This document shows positions 1 to 28,490 of a stretch of DNA of 64,000 bases, piece after piece. A program made the translations under genes and the position numbers. Numbering within the stretch: the stretch's first letter is position 1; each line of letters starts with the position of its first letter. Under the pieces are notes generated by a model, which ran no database searches, was not told the origin of the DNA, and saw only the letters and a list, made by a program, of their open reading frames with translations. Source of the DNA: Felis catus (Eukaryota); the NCBI RefSeq assembly GCF_018350175.1, contig NC_058373.1, forward strand, positions 62,558,001-62,622,000, read 5' to 3'.

Positions 1-4050
<4,050 letters not shown>

Positions 4051-4614
4051 CTCGCCCTTGCACTGGAAGCTGAGGCAGAGCGCCAGAGGAAGGGGCGCGG
4101 AGCCCGCCCCGCAGGCTCCACCAATCCCGGGCTTCGCTGCCCCCGCCCAATCGGCGAGGGGTGGGTCTCCAGCAGCCTATCACCCTCTGCTGCCGGCTGG
4201 AACGCCAAGCTGGCCTTGGCCACCCCACGAGCCAATCAGCGGTGACCGCCCGCCTAACTACACCGTGGTGGGGTTGGTAGCGGGGGCGCCGGACCCGCTA
4301 TGATGAAGTCATTCCTAGGTTGGGACTTTTAGAAGAGCAAGAAAGGCGTTTTCTGAGTGGAGTAGTACCTCACTACTCCGCGTTGCAGTAGCAGTCTGTA
4401 GTTCCTCTGCAGGAAAGGAAGTGTTAAAACAGCCTGGGATGCCCAATGCTTGGAAATAAATCGTTAAAGCCATGGGATGGCTAAGAAGTGTTGGCTCCAG
4501 TGTGCACACTGTTAGAAGTCAGTAAATGTTGTTTTATTACGTCACAGGGTTTTTCGATTTTGGAGTTTCGTGGGAAAGAGTTGCTGTCTTCTAAATTATT
4601 TAAGAACAGCAATT

Positions 4615-4855
4615 GGGGGCACCTGTGTGGCTTAGTCGGTTAAGCGTGGGACTCGATTTTGGCTCAGGTCATGATCTCATATGGTTTGTGAGTTGAGACC
4701 TGCTTTGAGCTTTGTGCTGGAAGTGCGGAGCCTGCTTGAGATTCTTTCTCTCTTTCCCTCTCTCTGTGCCCCTCCCGGGCTCACACACACACTCTCTTTC
4801 TCTCAAAAGAAAGGAAACAACAACAACAACAACAACAAAACCAAAAAACAAAAAA
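4615..4855 (+). mobile_element. SINEC
   Basis: ggggcacctg head, CT-rich region, A/(CAA)n tail. Confidence 0.85.
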
Positions 4856-4917
4856 CCCAGGAATCAGGACTTTTTAAAACCAGGGTTGGGGGTGAGGATA
4901 CAGAAAAGGAAGAGTAG

Positions 4918-5538
4918 TGTATTACAAGTATTAAAAAGAAAAACCAAAGCCATAGTGGAGCCACTTAAGACTCTAAGTCACTAAACCATGACTGCCTAAA
5001 CTAGGCAGTTTCACCTCCCCAAGAACGTAACCTTTAACCACCCAGTCATGGGAACTTCCTAGTGTTGAAAATCCTAGTGTTGAAATTTTCTAGATAATTT
5101 ATTGATAGGCCCCTTGTTTTCCCCTTAGGATAGACCTTCCTGAAACAATCGTTCTTTGCTAATAATTTCCTTTTCCTATCCATTGCTACTTTAAAAAACC
5201 TTTCATTTTCTTTAATTATTTGATGTTTGTTTATTTTTGAAAGAGACAGAATGCAAGCAGGGGAGAAGCAGAGAGAGGGAGACACAGAATCCCACCAGGC
5301 TCTGAGCGGTCAGCACGGATCCCGATGTGGAGCTCAAACTTGTGAACTGTGAGATATGACCTGAGCAAAAGTCGGAGGCTTTAACTGAGCCACACAGGTA
5401 CCCCAAATCTTTTCCTTTTCTACAACTCTATGGAGCTCCTTTCTATTTGCTAGATGGGATACTGCCCTTGCCATGAAACATTTAATAAAGCCAATTAGAT
5501 CTTTAAAATGTACTCAGTTGAATTTTTGTTATTTAACA
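4918..5538 (+). mobile_element. Probable solo ERV LTR interrupted by a minus-strand SINEC (~5205-5405)
   Basis: TG...CA-like ends, AATAAA at ~5484, LTR-like composition; family not identified. Confidence 0.5.
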
Positions 5539-6002
5539 GGGGAAGAGGAGAGCTGATGGAATTAAGCCTCTATCCCCCACCCCTCCTTTGCTGCTTTCCT
5601 CCACCAACGTGGTGGACCAATGCCCTGAACAGTTCATCTTCAAGTAGTTTAGCACCCTGAGTTCTGGGATGAAGATGAAATGAAATGAAAACAATACCAC
5701 CTTTCATGAAAATGAAAATACCACCAATACCACCACTGCAAGGCTGTTGGGAGTGTTGACAAGGAAGCCATAGGCCCTAGGTGGAGTCACTTGCCCCAGG
5801 ACAGCAGATCAAGACTTAATCGCAGTTTCAATTTCTCCAGGAGTAGAATTCTTTCTTTTTTTCCTTTTTCTTTTTTTTTGAGAGAGAGAAATGGTGTGTA
5901 CGCGCATGCACAAGATTCAGAGGGGCAGAAAGAGAATCCCTAGCAGGCTCCAGGCCGATGTTAAAAATTTTTAATCTTTAAAACAACAACAACAACAAAA
6001 AT

Positions 6003-6303
6003 GGGGTGCTGGGTGACCCAGTCAGTTAAGCATCCAACTTTGGCTCAGGTCATGATCTTGTGGTTGGTGGGTTTGAGCCCCGCGTTGGGCTCTATACTGT
6101 GACAGGTGGAGTCTGGAGCCTGCTTTGGGTTCTGCATCTCCCTCTCTCTCTGCTCCTCCCCTGCTCACACTGTCTTTCTCATTCAAAAATAAACATTAAA
6201 AACCATTATTTTCTAGTAATCTCCACACCCAACATGGGGCTTGACCTCATAACCCAGAGACCAAGAGTCATGTGCTTTACCAACTGAGCCAGCCAGGTGT
6301 CCC
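6003..6303. mobile_element. Two SINEs tail-to-tail (plus 6003-6200; minus 6205-6303)
   Basis: SINEC head and tail motifs on opposite strands. Confidence 0.8.
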
Positions 6304-6491
6304 AAATATAAAATCTTAAAAAAGAAAAGAAAAGAAATTTGCCTGTGAACAGAAGATGGACAGTAGCCAGAAGGGATGAAAGTTGGGAGTGTCTATTGGA
6401 GAGGAAGTTGAATATCTGAGGGTTACAAAGTGTGCACCAAGGATAGAGACTGAGAGCCAGCACTATAGTGGAAGTTGAGAGCAAGATTATT

Positions 6492-6716
6492 TAAAAAAAA
6501 TTTTTGTTTTTCAACTTTTATTTATTGTTGGGACAGAGAGAGAGAGAGAGCATGAACGGGGGAGGGGCAGAGAGAGAGGGAGACACAGAATCGGAAATAG
6601 GCTCCAGGCTCTGAGCCATCAGCCCAGAGCCTGACGCAGGGCTTGAACTCACAGACCGCGAGATCGTGACCTGGCTGAAGTCGGACGCTTAACCGACTGC
6701 GCCACCCAGGCGCCCC
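6492..6716 (-). mobile_element. Young felid SINEC with TSD
   Basis: Near-consensus CpG-rich copy; TSD agagcaagattatt on both sides. Confidence 0.92.
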
Positions 6717-6848
6717 AAGAGCAAGATTATTAAGGGAATCATTTGAAGATAAATTTTGAACTTTGATATAATCTTTGTTAGGTTAGGTGTGGGAAATACA
6801 ATCCAGCAAGACACGTATTATCACTACTGATAAGAGATGAGACTAAGA

Positions 6849-7178
6849 CAGTCAGAGAAAGACAGATACCATGTATTTTCACTCATATGTGGCTCTTGAA
6901 AAACTTAACAGACTATGGGGGAGGGGTAGGGGAAAAAAAAGTTACAGAGAAGGGAGGCAAATCATAAGAGACTCTTGGATACTGAAAACAAACTGAGGGT
7001 TGATGGGGGGTGGGGAAGAGGGGAAAGTGGGTGATGGGCACTGAGAAGGGCACTTGTTGAGATGAGCACTGGGTGTCGTATGGAAACTAAATGTGACAAT
7101 AAATTATATTGAAAAAAAAAAAAGAAACCTGAAAAAAAATTAAAAAAAAATTAAACTTAAAAAAAAAAAAAAAAAAAG
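6849..7178 (+). mobile_element. 5'-truncated carnivore L1 3' end
   Basis: L1 3'UTR (gagaaagacagataccat...gatgagcactgggtg), polyA, TSD aaga(g/a)atgagactaaga. Confidence 0.88.
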
Positions 7179-7383
7179 AAATGAGACTAAGAGAAGTAAT
7201 TTGCAAAGACCACTTTTTAGTGCCTGGGCTGGGATTCCAACACATACCCATCTGGCTAGGGATGGGCTGTAAACTGAAGTTTTCACATCCTTATTTTAGA
7301 AAGAATTCTTACTGTCACCCCTGCTGAAAACCTCTTAAGTATGTAGATTTCTTCCCCCCCCCCCCAATTTGTGCCATACATTA

Positions 7384-7851
7384 CAGTTGGCCCCTGAAGA
7401 ACATGGGTTCAAAATTGCATGGGTCCCCTTATATATTGATTTTCAACACAGTATGGTGCTGTAAATGTATTCTCCCCTATGACTTTCTTAATAACATTTT
7501 CTTTTCTCAAGCTTACCTTAAATATACAGTATTGATACATAAAACATACAAAATGGGTGTTGACCAACTATGTTATCGGTTTGGCCAAGAGGTTATTAAT
7601 AAAGTTTTTGGGGAGTCAAAAGCTCTATGCAGATTTTCAAGGTGCCTGGCTAGCTCAGGTGGTAGGGCATGTGACTCTTGATCTCAAGCTTGTCAATTTG
7701 AGCCCCATGTTGGGCGTAGAGATTACTTAAAATAAATACAGCTCACCTAATAAAAATTCTAGCATTTTTTTTTAAGTGATACAGATTTTCAACTGCACCC
7801 ATGGGAGAGGGGTCAGTGTCCTTTACCTCTGCCTTGTTCAAGGGTCATCTG
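7384..7851. mobile_element. Tigger2-like TcMar DNA transposon with internal SINE (~7640-7770)
   Basis: Terminal inverted repeats cagttggcccctgaa / ttgttcaagggtcatctg, flanked by TA. Confidence 0.8.
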
Positions 7852-8802
7852 TAATTCGTGTAGCTTTCTTGTGTTTCAAATCTTCCCTTACACCTTTGCT
7901 GTCATGGCCCTAACACATTCATTTCTGTTTTCCTGATGTCCTTGACACTCCTGTCTCGATCCCGCCATCCATCTTTAACACCAATGCTGGATTCATTTTT
8001 CTAAAATAGTACGACTGCCTGCTGAAAATTTCTCAGGGATTCATTATTGCGTAGATTTGTGGTTTCCAGAATGTGAGCCAAGGTACCCATGGGCAGCAGA
8101 CTCAGAGGGATACCATGGATATTTTAAGCTTTGGGGTGAATCACAGTGATACTTGACATCTATTAGAAAATATAGTTACTACTAGCTTGAAGTAGTTCAG
8201 TTTCAACATTAGGTCATTTAGGTTCCTTTCAACGTCAAACAGGGAATGAAGGTGGTAGTGTCCAACTTGATTCCACGGTTTGAGAAGTTAAACAGTGCCT
8301 AACGTTCTGGTGAGAGAAAAAGCTTTTCTAAAAGCCTGAAACATAAGGAAACACATTTTAGATTTATAAATCAGCATGTACATAAAGTTCGTATAAACCT
8401 TCATATAAGCCTGATTTATGGCCAACCAAGCATATATTGTACATCTGAAGCCCTAAAGGAAAAATATCTTGTTCTTAAGATATCAATCAATACTCCTACT
8501 CTCTGTGCTCCTTGACAGTAAGCTCATTAAACTCATAAAATTCATGATTCATACCTGTATGTTAAGCTATTATCTTTTGAGCTTTTACAAAATGTAAAAA
8601 AAAATTAACAACGCAGAAACTGTTCAATGTAAAAACTGTTCATTCTCTGGAGCACCTTCCCTGTGAAAAGCATGATGTCTGGGCAGCTGTTCTTACTTGG
8701 GCTCTAATAAAACTCCTTGCTTTTAGAGATTCTTAAAAGTTTGTTTATTTTGCACGGATGATTGCATTAGTGAGTAATTATAGTTAGTTAAAAATGAGAC
8801 AT

Positions 8803-8916
8803 AGGGCGCCTAGCTGGCTCAGTGGGAAGAGCAGGTGACTCTTGCTCCTGGGGTCACGAATTCAAGCCCCACATTGGGTGTAGAGATTGCTTAAGTAAAT
8901 AAATAAACTAAAAAAA
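8803..8916 (+). mobile_element. Short tRNA-derived SINE
   Basis: gggcgcctagctggctcag head and A tail. Confidence 0.8.
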
Positions 8917-9469
8917 GCAATGAAATTTTTCTCTTACATTTATGTACATTATTTTTTCAAATACCTACTAAGTTGATGGATCTCACTACTTAAAATAGAA
9001 CCATTAGGTATTTCTTCAGGTGTCGTAAATATTACTAAGACACTAGGGAAAGTTTGGAAACTTCTAGCCTAGATGACAAAAATCCGCCTCTTAGCCTGGC
9101 ATTTAAGGATCTTCATGACTTCTACTAACACCATGTACGTCCCTGCCCCCACTATTCCCTGGCTCAAATCTTTCTCCAGTATTTGCTTGTTGTTTGACCT
9201 TGGGCAAACCAACCTAACTTCTCGGTGCCTATTTCCCTGGCTGTAAAAGGAGGTAATAGTGTTTACCTTGTGATGGTAATGAAGACTACCTAAGAAGTAC
9301 GATAAGGAGGAACATGTAAAAACACCATGGATGGCATATTACAAGTGCTCACTTAAGTGTCAGACATAATCCCTTCTCATCTTGAACCCTCTGAACAAGC
9401 CTAGTTTCCCATACTCATTTCTCCAAGATTCATCTGGACATTTCATGACTCTTTCCCCCTGAAGTTCCA

Positions 9470-9700
9470 ATGATACCCCCTCCCCAGGTTTAATTTGCTA
9501 GAGTAGCTCACAGACTCAGAGAAACATTTTATTTACTAGATGATTGGGTTACCACACAAGGCTGGAACTCGGGAACAGCCAGGCAGAAGAGATGCATAGG
9601 GCATAGGGCAAAGAGTGGGGAAAGGAAGTGAGGCTCCCATGGCCTAAGCTTGCTACTCTCCCCAGACCTCCACGTGTTCACCAACCTGGAAGGTCCTTAA
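9470..9700. mobile_element. MER21-like ERVL LTR fragment
   Basis: ttaatttgctagagtagctcacagactcagagaaaca resembles MER21 consensus as recalled. Confidence 0.55.
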
Positions 9701-10628
9701 CTTTCTAGCTAGCCTCTCCAAATGTTACTCTTCCTTCAATCTTTGTTCTACCTCCTCCATCAAGCCTTCTTCCACCAAATTAGCCCAGGGTTAACTATTA
9801 GAGTACACAACTCTATCACACAACCCTGTTAGTAAAGTATTGCTGCTTGTTATTTAACTTACATGTCACCAGCACGTTGTCTTACCAAATAGATTACAAG
9901 CATCTTTGAGGTCAAGAATGCCATGCTGTGTTAAAGTTTCCTATAGCATCCAGTAAAGTGGAGGGTACAGATCACTATTTGCTGAGTTAATATAATATAT
10001 ATGAATTCATCCGGGCTCCAGATCAGATTAAACACCCAGAACACCTCCACATGTACAAGAGGCAGATGGAGCAGAAGTTGGAGGGAACGGGCAAAGGCAA
10101 GAGTGCAGAAACGCCATTTGGGAGTGCAAAGAACAGTGAGGTGAAGGCCCCTTGGGAGCCCAAGCTACGAGTAAATGGGGTTTCTGTGCTGGGAAAGATG
10201 AGTAACAGCCACTGAGTTACATTCCTAGGTGTTAACTAGGGAGGCCCGACAAGGAGGTAAGGATCCCACAGCTGAGTTTCCCCTCCTCTCCTTCCAAGAA
10301 GTAGAACTTTTTTACTTTTGGCCAGAAATGCCAAATTCAAATTATTTGGATAAACAATCTTTTAAACTGTCAACATTTTGAAAATGGGTAGAATATTCAG
10401 TCCTTATCACTGGTGAGAATTATGTAACTGGGTTTCCCCTTCATAATTTTTGGGACATAACCAACTGTGTGAATGTTTTTGTATGAAGGCAAAGAAATTT
10501 AGCCATCCCTGAAAGTTAGGGTGGAGGTGTTACTTGCTCTGATTGGGTGGCAGACTCAATGCTCAAGAGTAGATGGGAGTTTGGTGAAGAAATTGGGAGA
10601 TGCAGGAAACAAAATGGAAGACAGCCGG

Positions 10629-10860
10629 GAGGCGTGGGCGGCTCAGTTGGTTAAGTGTTCGGCTTCACTCAGGTCACGATCTCATGGTTCATGGGTTCGA
10701 GCCCCGCGTAGGACTCTGTGCTAACAGCTCAGAGCCTGGAGCCTGCTTCAATTCTTGCTCTCCCTCTCTCTGTCTGTCCCTCCCCTACTCACGCTCTATC
10801 TCAAAAATGAAATTAACATTAAAAAAAAGTAAATACACATTAAAAAAAAAAAAAAAAAAA
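10629..10860 (+). mobile_element. SINEC
   Basis: Full head, CT region and polyA; flanking ggaagacagcc duplication. Confidence 0.9.
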
Positions 10861-11296
10861 GGAAGACAGCCAAAGCCAAAGTCTGCCTCAATCAACTAAG
10901 AAATGAAAATAGCTGTGCCTTTAGTGAGCCAGCAGGGAAGCCTGCCACGGACGTCAGCTGACTAAGGATCCACGGGGCCAGGTCCAGGACTGGCTGTGCA
11001 AACAGCAGTCCGTGACCGTGCTTAAGAATATAGGGAAGACACAGGCAGCTAGTGACACATGCCTGGTGAATGGAGTCTGGCACCCACTGCTCTAAAAGGG
11101 CACACCCTCAGAAGGCTACTGCTCCTGGAAGACGGCAGGGCTAGCCACAGGGCACTTAAGTAGAAGAAAAATATTCTGGGTTAAATCAGTGTCTTGACTG
11201 TGTTAACTAGATTAGCTCAAGAGTGTTCAGTGGACACACTTAAGTTAAAAGGCTATTTCCATTTCTCAGTGTGTAGTCCGGACAGTTATAGAATTA

Positions 11297-11431
11297 TTTA
11301 TTTTAAAAGTAGCACTTCGTAAAAATCACCAAAACCAAACCCAAAAAACGGAAGTGATTTAGATTAAAAGCTCCAAGGTGTACGGTTTCAGGTAGGTGTT
11401 ATTGCTATCTATACCTTCACCCCCATTTATT
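11297..11431 (-). terminator. Candidate KNSTRN polyadenylation signals
   Basis: AATAAA on the minus strand at 11426-11431 and 11297-11302, about 0.5-0.65 kb after the stop. Confidence 0.5.
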
Positions 11432-11944
11432 AAGCCATCTTAAGTAACTTCAAGTTCATTGATTTACAATGAGGTATAGAGCCCAACCGGGATGAGACAG
11501 AATGTGTTCCAAGTTAGAAAGTCTAGCATGGCTTCTCAGTGATGTCTCCTGTGGAGCATCTGTGCTCCGCTGTACAATTAAGGCTTTCTTCCTACACATC
11601 TGAATGTTACCTTTGGGATCCTCTATGACTGATTTGGTCTGATTCTAATGGCTTGCCGCTTTGTTGCGTAGAAGGTTGATCCAAGCTTCCAGGCACCCCC
11701 TCTTCGTAGGCCTCAGTTATATACATGTGAGGTTCAGGAGAGCCGACCAATCTGAAAGGCTGGGAACACTTGTTTAAGGAGGAACCGCCATTCCGGCATC
11801 AACTGTCCTTAATCCTACTGCAGAAACTGTTTTCATTCTGGGGATGGTGAGTCCTAGAAGGTCATGGCCAAGAAGCAGATGTCCTAAGTGGCTTCCTCTG
11901 AGAGTTTAACCCCAAGAGGGAGCCGGCTGGTCACTTGCTTTTTA

Positions 11945-23056
<11,112 letters not shown>

Positions 23057-23865
23057 GCTGTACGGCAGGTCAGAAGAATGGCCGGAGCCTGGGCTCCTAG
23101 GCTTTGGGTGTTGGAGCCCCCAGGTCTGGGCAGGGGAGGGAAGTGGTGCACTCTGCGGGCCTGGAAGGAGCAATGAGCTGTGGGCGTCATATTCCTGGCT
23201 TGAGACGCAAATGCGGTCACGTTTAGAGTCCATGTCACAATCCTTCTCTTTATTTGGTCCATGATTGTTAGGGAGATTGCATGCTGATTGGCGACAGCGC
23301 AGAGCATTTGGATAGGCAGAGAGTGGTGAGTGGTAGGTGACGTTTAAAGAGGATCTGTGGACAGAAATACCTCAGGCACTTGCCCTCAGTCCTAACTTTA
23401 ATAACGCATGGAGATTCCGCCCCCCCCCCCCCCCCGTTTTTAAAAAAGGTAAGCTCTACCCCCAACCTGGGGCTTGAACTCATAACCCTGAGGTCAAGAG
23501 CCATATTCTCTACCAACTGGACCAGCCAGGTACCCCAACACTTACCCAGATTTTAAGAAGAGATTCAGAGCTACTCCTAGAGAATAGGGGAGGGTACTCA
23601 AGCTCTTAAAGCACTCATTCATTTCGCTCAATAAATATTTATTGAGCATTTGCTGTGCGCCAGACCGTTCTTCTAACAGGACAGATGGGGGTGGGGCAAC
23701 AAATACCCAGACTGACTGGCTCTGCCCTCCTGGAGTTTACAATATAGAAAATGATAAATAATCACACAAACACTAGTTACACCTCAATTAAGTGGGGGGA
23801 AGAAAACCAAATAAATACATATTTACCAACTGTAGTAAAACTATGAAGGAAAAGCACAATACAAT

Positions 23866-24437
23866 TGATGTGGGAAACAAAGGCAAATGAAAAGTTAAAT
23901 TTCCTCACTGCCGATAGCCCATTGACAAGTTCTTGAAATAGGCAGAGTGACATTTCTCTAGGAACTCAGCTGCTTTGATGATACTTTGCTAAGGGCAAAA
24001 GACAATCTTAGCTTAACATTACCCAACCTCCAGGATCCTGTACTTCTACTCTAACATATAAAAATTCCTTTGCAAACTTCTTTTATCTCTACCCCCCCCC
24101 CAAATGTATGTTAGCAATCATCCTCCAAGAATATGACCCACTGATATACATCCGAAGGGTCTTATGGCTGAGATTTTACTAAACAGTAATAAATTAACTT
24201 TGCCTAGCCTCAGAATCCTGGAAACCTTCAAGGTTTTCAAAATACCTTGGAGGCTTGTGCTATTCCTAACCCCCTCCCAACTTGAAAGTGTATAATCGGC
24301 CACGCCTCACAATCTCAGTGCAGCTCTTTCTGCCCACAAGTCCTGTCCCTGTGCTGTAATAAAACCACCTTTTTGCACTGAAGATGTCTCAAGAATTCTT
24401 TCTTGGCCATTGGCTCCGAACCTCAACATTTTCTACA
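23866..24437 (+). mobile_element. ERV1-type LTR (copy A)
   Basis: Clear homology to 25361-25880; AATAAA at ~24358. Confidence 0.75.
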
Positions 24438-25219
24438 CTGCTATGGCAGCAAAAGCCTGGGAAACCCAATTGAAATCGAATAGTGAGAACGCTTGTGTTT
24501 GATTAATGAAAGATGAGTGGGAGTTAATCTGATGAGTGGGGTAGGTAGAAGGGAGGACAAATGCAAAGTCCCAAAGCAGGATTGAGCAAGAAAGGCCGAC
24601 ACAGAGGAGGAAAGTGGTACAGATAAGGCCGGAGAGATAAGTAGTCAAATAGCAAGCTTTACAGGCCAAAGGTAAAGAGATTAGATTTGATCCTTAAGAG
24701 TGATGGGAAGTCATTGAAATATTAGAGCAGTAGAGTGTTATTCAATTTATATTTTAAAAAGCTCACTCGGGCTACTTCATGGAGAATGGATTGAAGGGGG
24801 GCAAGGGCAAAACTAGGGAGATGGCTGGGAGGCCACTGTAATCATTCAAATGAGAGATGATGGTGGCCTGGCCGCAAGGCTGGTGGTAGCAGTGAGGATT
24901 GTAGAGACCGCTTCTAGGCAAACAGCCTTGAGAGACACAATGTGGAAAGGGCCCAGAGCAACCACCTGACCGGCCCGACAGGCCACCCACCTCACAATAT
25001 CCACAGGCCCTAACTACCCAATGGGCTGCTTACAACTAGGCACGGTTACCAAAGCAGGGAAAATTCCACAGTCCATACACCTCCTCACCTTCTGCCTTTA
25101 AAAACAGCCCCCACCCACTGCCTTGTTTCAGACAGCCCCTCTGCTGTCCTGCCCACTGCTCCTTTGCGGTGTATTCCATAACCTTCTATCGCCTTCGTTC
25201 TGCCTCAGGTGAATCCTTT

Positions 25220-25915
25220 TGATGAGGGAGCATGAGGTAGGTTGAGGGTAAAATACGGGCCAGCACACCTGCCCCCCAGGTGGAATATGTGTGATACTCC
25301 TTGGACAGTCCCAGCTACCCAAGAACAAAGGAAAGGGGTTTAAGTGCTTGCCATGGTAAGGTGGGAAACTAAGGCAAATGAAAAATTAAATTCCCTTACT
25401 GCCTACAGCCCAGTGACAAGTCCTTGAAATCGGCAGAGTGACCTCCCTCTAGGAGCTCAGCTGCCTCAAGGATGACACTTTGCTGGGAACAAAGAGAACC
25501 TTAGCTTAGCATTATCCCAAACTAGAGGACCCTGTAAGTCGACTTCCTTTATCTCAACGCCCCAAGATATACGCTGGCAATCATACTCCAAGCTCATGGC
25601 CCCCTGATATACATCAGAAGGGTCTCATGACTGAGGTTTTATTAAATGGTAATAAATGGCATTTCCCTAGCAACAGCTAGTCCTTCAAGGTGCTGGAAAC
25701 CTTGCTTCCAAAATTCCTTAGATACTTACTCTAATCCTGACCTGAGGGTATATAGTGAATGACCCGTCAGGACCCCAGTGCAGCTCTTCCTGCCCACGGG
25801 TCCTGTCCTGTGCTTTAATAAAATCACCTTTTTGCACCAAAGACATCTTCCAGAACTCTTTCTTGGCCAATGGCTCCAGACCCCACGAACCCCCCCATCA
25901 CCCTAAACTTCATCA
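25220..25915 (+). mobile_element. Solo ERV1-type LTR (copy B) nested in an older LTR (~24928-25950)
   Basis: TGATGA...TCATCA inverted termini; 4-bp TSD CTTT at 25216-25219 and 25916-25919; AATAAA at ~25817. Confidence 0.82.
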
Positions 25916-26332
25916 CTTTCACTGCCCATGCCACTGGCCCCACATTTGGGGGCCCCCATCCAATCAGACAGAGACCCCATTCAGACACCACAGTGATGGA
26001 AAAGAAGCAGACACATTTAAGACAGCTTTTGGAGGGTAGAATTTCAGGACTCCATGTTGGACTGGATAAGGGGGAAGGAGGGGCAGGGGAGAGGGAGATC
26101 TTAAGGATAACTCCCAGGCTTGAATAACTGTGGATAGAGTCACTATTTTGTGTTGCTGGGAGATTGAGAGCTTTTTTGAACAAGGTAAACTTGAAATGCC
26201 TCTCAGACACTCAAGTGGAGTTGTCAAGTAGGCAGTTTGAAATAGGCTTTCAGCCCAGAGGAGAGTCTGGCTTGGAGATAGACTCTTAGGAGTCATGGGT
26301 GTATGGATATATTTGGGGAGGGGGGGAAGGCA

Positions 26333-26545
26333 GGGGGGTGCCTGGGTGGCTCAGTTGGTTGAGCGTCTGACTTCAGTCAGGTCACTATCTGGAGGATCAT
26401 GAGTTTGACCCCGAGTCAGGTTCTGTGCTGACAGCTTGGAGCCTGGAGCCTGCTTCAGATTCTGTGTCTCCCTCTCTCCCTGCCCCTCCCTCGCTCACGC
26501 TCTGTCTGTCTCTTAAAAATAAATAAACATTAAAAAAAAATAATA
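26333..26545 (+). mobile_element. SINEC
   Basis: Typical head, CT region and A tail. Confidence 0.88.
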
Positions 26546-27262
26546 AGTAAAAGCTGAATGGGATCTCCAAGGGAAGAAGTATACAAAGAGCCTTAGGGCC
26601 AAGGATAGGCATAGCAGCCTTTAGAAGTTGCAATGATAAGGTGCCAACCAAGAAACCTGATAAAGAGGTGCCACAGAGGTGACAAGACAACATAAAGAGG
26701 GTGGTGTTTCAGAAGCCAGGAGGAGGAAGTCTTAAACTGCCAAAGGAGGGAGTGGTAAACTATTGAGAATAACTGGTAAAGAAGTCATTGGCAAGTATAG
26801 CAAAAGGAACTCTGGTGGAGAGGTAGGTCTGAGTGAGGCCACATTAAGGTGGGTTACGGGGTACCTGAGAGATGAGGAAGCAGGGGTGGCAGGTGTGGAC
26901 ATTAAAGAATCTGTGAATGGAGTAGAGCAATTGGGCAATAACTGGAGGTGGGCTGTGGGGGGTCAAGGAAGGGTTTTCTCAAAGATGCAGCTACTAGTGG
27001 ATACATGTGCCCATGGGAACAAGCAGGCTGACAGGAAGAAAAGGATGCTTCAGAGGGAGAGGGGATGATCAAAGGAGAAAAGTCATACAGAAAAGGGGAA
27101 GGAAGATGGAATCTGGAGCAGCATTTTCAAAATCTTTCTTGTTGTTGTTCACCCACCTCCACAAATAATTAAAAAAAACCAAACCAATGTGCCCTCTCAC
27201 CCATTTTTAGTTGACGCCTACATTTTTTCATAATTTTAGATATTTGTAAAGGACCAACTTTC

Positions 27263-27490
27263 TGGGGCGCCTGGGTGGCGCAGTCGGTTGAGCGTCCGAC
27301 TTCAGCCAGGTCACGATCTCGCGGGCCGTGAGTTCGAGCCCCGCGTCGGGCTCTGGGCTGATGGCTCAGAGCCTGGAGCCTGTTTCCGATTCTGTGTCTC
27401 CCTCTCTCTCTGCCCCTCCCCTGTTCATGCTCTGTCTCTCTCTGTCCGAAAAATAAATAAACGTTGAAAAAAAAATTAAAAAAAAAAAAA
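27263..27490 (+). mobile_element. Young felid SINEC with TSD
   Basis: CpG-rich near-consensus copy; TSD aaaggaccaactttct. Confidence 0.92.
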
Positions 27491-27529
27491 GGACCAACTT
27501 TCTTCCTATTACATGCTTTGTAGCTCTTT

Positions 27530-28490
27530 ATTAATTTCTTTTTTTCTTTTTTTTTAATAGTAGGCTTCACGCCCAGCACAGAGCCCAGTGCAGGGCTTGA
27601 ACTCATGACCCTGGGATCAAGACCCGAGGTGAGATCAAGAGTTGGATGCTTCACTGACCGAGCCACCCAGGTGCCCCTGCTCTTTGTTCATTTCTACAAA
27701 TCTTTCCTTTTGGTGTTTCATTTTGGACAATTACTATTGGCATGTCTTCAAGTTCACCAGTCTTCTTTCTGCAGTGTCTAAACTATTGTTAATTCCATCC
27801 AGTGATTTTTTTTCATCTCAGACAGCTGTGGAAGTTCAATTTGTATATTTTTAAAAACATATTCCAAGTCTCTACGTAGTTATATGAATAAAGGGAATAC
27901 AACCATAACAATGTCTTTGCTGATTTTCACATAGATGTTAGTTCTAGGTCGGTGTCAATTGATTTTCCTCCTCACTATGGGTCATATTTTTCTGCTTCTT
28001 CGCGTGATTAGTAATTTTTTTTTATTAGGCCTCACACACTGTAAATTTTGGTTTTGGTGGCTGGTTATTTTTGTATTCATATGAATATTCTTGATGTTTG
28101 TTTTGGGATACAGTTACATTACTTAGAAACAGTTTCATCCCTTCAGGTCTTGCTTTAAAATTTATTAGATGGGAAACAATTATTAGATGGGGTGAGCAGT
28201 GTTTAAACCAGGGCTAATAAAAAAATAAATAAACTAGGGCTAATTGAGTCCCCACTATTGAGGCAAGACACTTCTGAGAACTCCAACCAATGCTCCATAA
28301 ATTATGATGTTTTCAAGTCTGGCTGATGGGAACAGGCACTATTCCAGTCCTCTATGACTATTGGCTGCTGTTCCCTCTAATCATTTTGAATGGTTCTTTC
28401 CTTAGTCTCAAGTAGTTTCCTCACATTTACACAATGAGTAGTGCTATGCCGAATACTCGAGGGGGGTCCTTTGCAGATCTCCAGAATTCT
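27530..28490 (-). mobile_element. Minus-strand SINE (27530-27677) followed by an old L1 fragment
   Basis: Reverse SINE head; T-rich decayed L1-like sequence. Confidence 0.6.

Noticed and set aside
23057-23233. In-frame ATG at 23233 extending KNSTRN exon 1 upstream
   Set aside because: Lies in promoter sequence, has no similarity to known SKAP N-termini, and there is no evidence it is transcribed.
27169-27666. Recurrent SINE-derived ORFs (MAQSVKRPTSAQV..-type) and tRNA-like heads across the window
   Set aside because: Can-SINE consensus translations; the heads are tRNA-derived SINEs with A tails, not tRNA genes.
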